From Promethearchaeota archaeon (GTDB lineage Archaea > Asgardarchaeota > Lokiarchaeia > Sigyniarchaeales > SOKP01), in the NCBI GenBank assembly GCA_019894975.1, contig JAGXNO010000002.1, positions 129,183 to 193,182 on the forward strand: a DNA stretch of 64,000 bases, given 5' to 3'. The notes under the pieces were generated by a model. That model saw nothing but the letters and a program-made list of their open reading frames with translations. It was not told where the DNA came from and did not search any database. The translations under genes and the position numbers were made by a program. Below, piece after piece: positions 57,954 to 64,000 of this stretch (the stretch's first letter is position 1; every line of letters starts with the position of its first letter).

Positions 57954-58772
57954 ATGTATCTTCATGAAATTTTAGGAATCAAAGAAAGTCAAATCACTAG
58001 CTCTCACCAAATATTAAATGAATCCCAGAGTCTACAAAAAAAAACAACTAAAATTCCCCTCGGTTCTAGAAATTTTGATGATGTAATCGGGGGTGGTTTT
58101 TCTCAGGGAAAAAAATATTTAGTATTTGGCCCTAATAAGACAGGTAAAACTCAATTATGCCACCAATTATGTGTTCAAGCATATAACTATTTTAATAATA
58201 TCACAGATAAAAAATGTATCAAAAACATATTCTATTTTGATACAGAAAACACTTTTCGTCCTGAACGATTAAAAGAATTATTATTACCTTCTGTTTCTGA
58301 GATTGATAATTTACTTAAAACTATATTAGTATCTAAAATTATGAGCAATTCAGCACTTCTGCTTGCATTGAAGGATTTCGATAATATCATCAAAAATCTC
58401 AGTGGAGGGGTATTAATAATTGATTCAATTAACAATCACTTTAGATCTGATTTAGGTAATAAAGATCTTTCATTTAATAAAACAAAAAACAAGTTTTTAA
58501 AGATCTTACATAAGATTAATGAACTCACTCACAAGCATAATTTAATGACAGTAGTCACATCCCAGGTTACATCTAATTTCGCTAGAAAAGGAAATATTAG
58601 AGTCTTACCCGTTGGGAATCAATTCTTAAATCACTTCTTTTCAGAATATGTATATTTAAGTAAAAATGATAAAGATACAAATTTCGTTCAACTTGTTAAT
58701 TCATTAGCCCTCTCTGAGAAAAAACTTCTTTACAAAATAACTTCAAAAGGCATTCGAGATTTGAAGCTCTAG
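57954..58772 (+). CDS. RadA/Rad51 paralogue lacking the N-terminal HhH domain
   Basis: IPLGS..FD.VIGGG, GPNKTGKTQLCHQL, DTENTFRPERL, IIDSI..HFRSD, TSQV. Confidence 0.8.
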   Translation: MYLHEILGIKESQITSSHQILNESQSLQKKTTKIPLGSRNFDDVIGGGFSQGKKYLVFGPNKTGKTQLCHQLCVQAYNYFNNITDKKCIKNIFYFDTENTFRPERLKELLLPSVSEIDNLLKTILVSKIMSNSALLLALKDFDNIIKNLSGGVLIIDSINNHFRSDLGNKDLSFNKTKNKFLKILHKINELTHKHNLMTVVTSQVTSNFARKGNIRVLPVGNQFLNHFFSEYVYLSKNDKDTNFVQLVNSLALSEKKLLYKITSKGIRDLKL

Positions 58773-58776
58773 AAAA

Positions 58777-59613
58777 TCAAATTTTTAACAGATCACTTAC
58801 TGAAATATAGTTAAATTTATCAGAAAAAATGTTAGAATTTACAACATATACCTCATTTTTTATTCTCGTTTTAATCCACTCTAATAACTCAATCCCATAT
58901 CTCAATTTTTTTATCTTACTCTTCGTTCCTTTTAGATTTTTCTTTAAATTCAATTTAGAATACTTCCCTATAATATTATCAAAATCCATTCCTATGAAAT
59001 ATAGTTTTTGTAAGGGTTTAATTAATTTGTGTATAAAATAAAGAATTCTATCACCATCTGTAAACCCTCCCGGATTCAATACGTTCTCAAGTGGTTCTAC
59101 TTGAGTCGTTCCTATAATATTTTGAAATCTTAGCATATTCTTTTCAAATTGTATTAGTTTATCAATATTATCTCCATGGGCATGAACGATATTAAAATTT
59201 GCATAATTAAATTCTCTTTTTGTTATTCCGTCTAAATCGGTAAATATAGCATTAATCTTAATATGTCTTTTTCTTAAAAGGACTGAAGCTCCATCGGCAG
59301 CTAAATTGATGAATCTGTTAAAATACAATCTTCCCTTTTTTTTCAAGATTGTATCAACGGTTTCCTCTAATGAAGGGCCACATCCGTAAATTATAATTTC
59401 TGGTTTTGAGATTATCTGCCTATTTAAAGATTTTATTACGTTCTCTAAGTCCCAATTATCGTTTTTTTTAATAAATATCTCTGAAAGGTAATCACGTGCT
59501 TTACAATCCTCTTGATAATCAAATTTAAAATCATTTATTATTTTAAAATAATAATCCTTGAATTCTTCAAAGAAATTTAGTTTATTCTTTAGATTGGAAA
59601 CCATATCATCCAA
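58777..59613 (-). CDS. mptE: 6-hydroxymethyl-7,8-dihydropterin pyrophosphokinase MptE-like (DUF115)
   Basis: G.GPSL, AADGA, TDLDG, VHAHGDN, GTTQ, N.GGFTDGDR, GMDF. Confidence 0.85.
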   Translation of the reverse strand: MDDMVSNLKNKLNFFEEFKDYYFKIINDFKFDYQEDCKARDYLSEIFIKKNDNWDLENVIKSLNRQIISKPEIIIYGCGPSLEETVDTILKKKGRLYFNRFINLAADGASVLLRKRHIKINAIFTDLDGITKREFNYANFNIVHAHGDNIDKLIQFEKNMLRFQNIIGTTQVEPLENVLNPGGFTDGDRILYFIHKLIKPLQKLYFIGMDFDNIIGKYSKLNLKKNLKGTKSKIKKLRYGIELLEWIKTRIKNEVYVVNSNIFSDKFNYISVSDLLKI

Positions 59614-59724
59614 ATAATTTGATTGTAAATCTCAATAATAAAATTTTAAATTATTACCTTAATTAATAAAAACATACTATTTAATTCAATATTATTTTAA
59701 ATCATAAACAAATTAAAAAGGAGT

Positions 59725-60126
59725 TTGTTAAAAATGGCTAAATGGTTTACTAAAACACATCAATGGTTTGATGATGGAACAAAAGAAGTAGGAATTACCC
59801 CTTATGCTGCTGAACAGTTAGGTGAGATTTCTTTTGTTGATGTTGAGGGTCTTGATGGTGCTAAACTAGAGCAAATTAAAATGGATGGAGATGAACCTAC
59901 TAGTGATCCTATCGATTGCACTGTAGAAAGCAGTAAAGCTGTTGGAGACATCTATAGTCCCGTGTCAGGTTCAGTCACCGCAATTAATTCTGATTTAATG
60001 GACGAACCAGAAAAGATTAATGAAGATGCATTTGCAGCCTGGCTCTACAAAATTGATCCTTCTAATTGGGATACTGAAAAGGGTAATTTATTAGATGAAG
60101 CTGCCTATAAAGCTCTTATTGGCTAG
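59725..60126 (+). CDS. gcvH: Glycine cleavage H-like lipoyl carrier protein (start may be ATG 59734)
   Basis: HQW, VGIT.YA.EQLGEI, VESSKAVGDIYSPVSG lipoyl-Lys motif, PE.INED, WLYKI. Confidence 0.9.
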   Translation: MLKMAKWFTKTHQWFDDGTKEVGITPYAAEQLGEISFVDVEGLDGAKLEQIKMDGDEPTSDPIDCTVESSKAVGDIYSPVSGSVTAINSDLMDEPEKINEDAFAAWLYKIDPSNWDTEKGNLLDEAAYKALIG

Positions 60127-60258
60127 TATTTTAGAAATATAAATTTTTCTTTAAAATAATTTTTTTTTTCATTCTTATTCAAGTTTTACACTTAGGACCT
60201 CTAGATTATGAATTAGATAAGAGTTTAAGTGGAATATATAAAATAATCTGATTAAGCT

Positions 60259-60780
60259 TTACTGGCTCAGCACGCCCGTCTTTATAGCTATTATATATTG
60301 TAAAGCTATGAAAGAAATTATTATTGTTAATACACCAATTATCAGAGCCGTAGCTGCCATTTTACGATTATAAACATATTTTGACGCTTGGTACAAAAAT
60401 ACAAATCCTGTAGAGCATAATATAATTAGAATTGAAGCTACAATGCTCTCAATTATAAACGCTTCATTAATATCAGTAAGAATAAAAATCGGATCTCCTT
60501 GCTGATTTGCTCCTAACGCGGGAGGTTCCCTAACAAGCAAGTATGCTACACCCGTTTGTAGAACAAATAAAACTATGAATATCCCGATCATGCTTATAGC
60601 TCTTGATGGCATAGGAAGGGATAACCTTGGGAGCTTAAATTTTGGGAAACTTAACTTTGGCTTTCTAAATGCTCTTCCGAAAAGCCAAGGAGTTTTTCCT
60701 TTAATTTTCTCCATTACAGTCTCTGAACCGATTACTTCTTTTTTTTTTAATTGTTCCTTAATTGGTGGTTGTTTTTGCAT
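60259..60780 (-). CDS. OSTC/DC2-like oligosaccharyltransferase accessory subunit (OST3/OST6 clan)
   Basis: PKFKL...MPS-TM1-G..Y..V.EPPALG-loop-N..FIIE...S-TM2-GF..L-TM3-K pattern tracks eukaryotic DC2 over its length. Confidence 0.68.
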   Translation of the reverse strand: MQKQPPIKEQLKKKEVIGSETVMEKIKGKTPWLFGRAFRKPKLSFPKFKLPRLSLPMPSRAISMIGIFIVLFVLQTGVAYLLVREPPALGANQQGDPIFILTDINEAFIIESIVASILIILCSTGFVFLYQASKYVYNRKMAATALIIGVLTIIISFIALQYIIAIKTGVLSQ

Positions 60781-60852
60781 AATATATTATAATTATTTTA
60801 TTTATTACAATTTAATAATTTTTTCAAATACATCTGCAATTATTATAATATT

Positions 60853-62361
60853 CTAATTTAGGTTTTTTAATAAGGCTATCAAGAAACTCCAGATTTTTTC
60901 TACAGATTTTACGGAAACTCTCTCATCTGGGGAATGAGCTGAAATTACATCAGGGCCAATCGATATCATTTCCATATCGGGAAATTTCTTCTTCAAAATT
61001 CCACATTCCAATCCTGCATGTATCGCTTTAACTTCAATATCTTTTTTAAATTGCTCTTTAAACGCATCTTCAGTTAACTTTAAGAGATTGGAATCAAAAT
61101 TTGGTTGCCAACCTGGATAATCAGAATCTGTAATAATATTAATCTCTAATCCTGTTAACTTGAATAAAGATACTGCCTTTTCCCAGATAATTATTTTATA
61201 ATATTCACTTAAGCTCCGCTGACTTAATTTAATTTCAATCTTTTCCTCACCAGTTCTTATAACACCTAAATTTGAAGAAGTAAAAACGAGGTCTTTAATT
61301 TTTGGATGCATTGAAAGGGGACCATTTGGTAATGTATATATAAGATTAAGAATATTATCTTGAATTTTTTTGGTAAAAACTTCCATATCGTTAAAATTCT
61401 CCAGGGGCTGTATTGAAACATTCATGTCAGGATCAATACCATCAAAGAGAACCTTAATTTTAGAAACTAAATCACTAATAAACTTACCTATTTTAGATAA
61501 TTCCTCTTTATTAACATACAAAATTGCGCTAGCTTCTCTTGGTATCGCATTAGTTCTGTTCCCCCCTCTTATAGAACTAACTTGTATTACAAATTCTTCA
61601 TTTAATTTCCAAAGAACTTCTCCTATGATCTTTAATGCGTTTCCTCTTCCTAAATGGATATCTGCTCCAGAGTGCCCTCCACTTAAACCAGATACAAAAA
61701 TTCTTATCGGAATCAGATTTTTATTTTTATCTATCGTTATAGTTTCTTTTTTAATATGAAAAAAAGTGACCCTTCCCCCCGCACATCCGATTGTAACAGA
61801 GTCTTCATCTTCGGCATCTAGATTTATAAGATAACGTCCTGCAATTAAATCAGTATCAATTTTAAATGCACCACGTAACCCCATTTCCTCATCTACAGTA
61901 AATAAAAGATCAAATCCAAGTGATCCTAAATTTGACTCCCCATCATATATTTTTTTCATTAAGGTTAATAAATACGCTATCCCTACGCCATTATCCGCAC
62001 CTAATGTTGTTCCTTCAGCAGCAACCCACTTATCATTATCAATTTCAATTATTTTTAATTCCAATGGATCTTTAGAAAAATCATGGGAAATCCCCTCATT
62101 TTTTTCACAAACCATATCCATGTGACATTGTAAGATAACCTTTTCTAACTGATTTTGCTTTGCGGGAACTCTTATTACAAGATTTCCTGTAGTATCTACC
62201 TTTGTTTCAAAATTTAATCGCTCAGCTTCTTCCTTTATAAATGCTCTTACTTTTTCCTCGTGCTCTGAACAGCGAGGGATTTTTGTAAGTTGTTCAAAGT
62301 ATTCCCAAAATTCAGAAGGTTCTCCTAATCCTTTTAATTTTGACAAAAATATCCCTTCCAC
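60853..62361 (-). CDS. pepD: Aminoacyl-histidine dipeptidase PepD (M20C)
   Basis: IPR.S..E, LQCHMDMVCEKN, TTLGADNG.G, TVDEE.G, GGHSG.DIH, IHAGLECG, HSPDE. Confidence 0.93.
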   Translation of the reverse strand: MEGIFLSKLKGLGEPSEFWEYFEQLTKIPRCSEHEEKVRAFIKEEAERLNFETKVDTTGNLVIRVPAKQNQLEKVILQCHMDMVCEKNEGISHDFSKDPLELKIIEIDNDKWVAAEGTTLGADNGVGIAYLLTLMKKIYDGESNLGSLGFDLLFTVDEEMGLRGAFKIDTDLIAGRYLINLDAEDEDSVTIGCAGGRVTFFHIKKETITIDKNKNLIPIRIFVSGLSGGHSGADIHLGRGNALKIIGEVLWKLNEEFVIQVSSIRGGNRTNAIPREASAILYVNKEELSKIGKFISDLVSKIKVLFDGIDPDMNVSIQPLENFNDMEVFTKKIQDNILNLIYTLPNGPLSMHPKIKDLVFTSSNLGVIRTGEEKIEIKLSQRSLSEYYKIIIWEKAVSLFKLTGLEINIITDSDYPGWQPNFDSNLLKLTEDAFKEQFKKDIEVKAIHAGLECGILKKKFPDMEMISIGPDVISAHSPDERVSVKSVEKIWSFLIALLKNLN

Positions 62362-62427
62362 TTAAAATATATATAGTAATTATTTTATAATATTTATAAA
62401 ATAACACTAAATTCCTTATAATTTTAT

Positions 62428-63567
62428 TTGAAGGCTATTAAAATGAGTATGAAAGATATATATTCAGAAGTAAAGAAGCGCAAGATGGAAGCACTGGATA
62501 AAAAGGACGTTGTGCAAGCTGTAGAAAAACATGGTAAAATCTTAGCGATCAGCGGAAGGTATGAAAAACCTAAAAGAGTAGTAGAACACATGTATGCTTC
62601 CGTGAAAAATGTTATAAAAGAGAGAGAAATCATGAAAGAAAACTTGTCACAATATGATGTTGTTCTTATAGGATGTCCAGGAAGTGATATCCCACATGCT
62701 TCTTACCCAAAAGTAAAAGATTTCGTGATGAATGGTGGTTGGCTGATAACAACAGATTGGGCACTCCAGAGTATCATAGAGAATATTTTTCCCGGGTATA
62801 TAAGATGGAATCGCGCAAAAACTGCAGATGCTGTAGTTCCTTGTCAAATAATTCAATCAAATCATCCATTTTTAGACGGGGTTTTAAGCGAAATCCAACA
62901 AAGTAAATGGCAAAAACAATCAGAAAAAAACACTAAAAAAAGTGAATTTCGTTGGTGGTTAGAAACGCGGTCATTTCCTATCCAGGTACTTAACCATGAA
63001 GCTGTTAGAGTGCTAATTAGTTCTTGGGAAATTCAAAGTAAATGGGGTGAATCACCTGTGCTTGTAGAATTTGATTATGGAAAAATGGGGGGTCGAATTA
63101 TTCATATGATAAGTCATACGCACTTACAAAAGGGTGGTGCTAAAGGTAAATATGCTTCTGCATTAATTCTCACAAATATCCTAGACGAAAAAGTATCTCA
63201 AAAAATGGGACTATCAAAAAAACCAACTTCTGGATATGTTTCTGATTGGCAAACACCTCAAACTCAAGCGCAACCTCAGCAACAATTCATTCAATCACCC
63301 GTAGAAACTCCACAAAATAATTTTGTAACCCCTACCGCAAGTGGCGCAGGATTGACAGGAACCTCTCAAATTGTTGAATTAGATGCAAGTAGTTCTGGTA
63401 ATTTTTCATATACAAGTAAATGTGTGTATTGCGGGTATGATTTTACTGAACACATGGGAAAAATTTTTATCTGTAAAGAATGTAATACCCCATATCATGA
63501 AAGCTGCATCAATATGCAAATAAATGAAGGTACTTGTAAGAATTGTAGCAGAATTTTATTATGGTAA
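62428..63567 (+). CDS. GATase-like domain protein with Q/P-rich linker and C-terminal C4HC3 RING/PHD-like finger (start may be ATG 62443)
   Basis: YDVVLIGCPG, FV.NGG.LITTDWAL, G.IIH..SH; C-x2-C-x13-C-x2-C-x4-H-x2-C-x9-C-x2-C. Confidence 0.6.
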   Translation: MKAIKMSMKDIYSEVKKRKMEALDKKDVVQAVEKHGKILAISGRYEKPKRVVEHMYASVKNVIKEREIMKENLSQYDVVLIGCPGSDIPHASYPKVKDFVMNGGWLITTDWALQSIIENIFPGYIRWNRAKTADAVVPCQIIQSNHPFLDGVLSEIQQSKWQKQSEKNTKKSEFRWWLETRSFPIQVLNHEAVRVLISSWEIQSKWGESPVLVEFDYGKMGGRIIHMISHTHLQKGGAKGKYASALILTNILDEKVSQKMGLSKKPTSGYVSDWQTPQTQAQPQQQFIQSPVETPQNNFVTPTASGAGLTGTSQIVELDASSSGNFSYTSKCVYCGYDFTEHMGKIFICKECNTPYHESCINMQINEGTCKNCSRILLW

Positions 63568-63679
63568 TTTTAATTGAATTACTATAATTCATAGATGCTA
63601 TTTAACATCTTAAAAAATAATTAAATTTTAGTACTGCTTTTCCTTCATATCAAGATTTAAACTATTTTGGGGATAATAA

Positions 63680-64000
63680 TTGATAGATTTTGACCAGGTT
63701 TTTAACGAAGTAGAAAATTTAAATAAAGACGTAATGATGAGTATGTTTCAGTTATTAATTGGGATTAATACTACTACGCCCCCAGGAAACACATATCGTA
63801 AGTATGTAGATGCCATTTCACCCTACTTTAAGAATTTAAAATATGAATTAGAAGAAGTAATTGTCCCTAATGAACTAATAAAACAGATTCCATCTCCACT
63901 TGAGGGACCTCGAGTAAATCTTGTCGCTAAGAAAAATTTTGGGCAGGCTAAGGAGATCACATTTTGTGGGCACATGGATGTTGTTCCTGCTTCTGATGAG
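63680..64000 (+). CDS. ArgE/DapE-family M20 metallopeptidase, 5' part (runs off the window; absent from the ORF track)
   Basis: Hand translation from TTG 63680: ...LIGINTTTPPGN...RVNLVA...FCGHMDVVPA; GGGGA upstream. Confidence 0.85.
   Translation, partial: MIDFDQVFNEVENLNKDVMMSMFQLLIGINTTTPPGNTYRKYVDAISPYFKNLKYELEEVIVPNELIKQIPSPLEGPRVNLVAKKNFGQAKEITFCGHMDVVPASDE

Noticed and set aside
4324-62856. Numerous 60-130 aa ORFs antisense to or overlapping long genes (e.g. 7662-7994, 21544-21807, 42216-42563, 61370-61759)
   Set aside because: Shadow frames of well-supported genes; S/I/F-rich translations with no independent signal

Overview
An AT-rich (roughly 30% GC by eye), gene-dense archaeal chromosome segment, most likely from an Asgard archaeon of the Lokiarchaeia type. 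That assignment is inferred from the co-occurrence of archaeal housekeeping genes (type II MetAP, Trm1, CofD/CofE, MptE, RadA/RadB-like, a BHB-intron tRNA) with eukaryote-signature-like proteins (ribophorin I, OSTC/DC2, roadblock, longin-like, Bet3/V4R, RING/PHD-like, long Trm112). Gene order: MoxR/DUF58 operon; a lipS2-lipoate ligase-lipS1-fbiB-cofD operon; chimeric LeuRS; longin-like gene; bacterial-type TPI; HdrC-like; thioredoxin; two Bet3/V4R genes facing a roadblock gene; MetAP; an 8-gene operon interleaving non-oxidative pentose phosphate genes with heptose synthesis genes and an apparently dead HldE-like kinase; a glycosylation/translocon block (GT4, DUF354, Sec61beta head-to-head with ribophorin I, AglH/Alg7, M48 protease, UbiA-family); a tRNA-Gln(UUG) split by two non-canonical introns; a peptide ABC transporter; RNA methyltransferases, two RadA-family paralogues, a TFE-beta/RPC34 homologue, GcvH, a DC2-like OST subunit and peptidases. 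No transposase, integrase, CRISPR array or rRNA was seen. All protein calls come from motif recognition by eye; no database search was run, so novelty statements are hypotheses.
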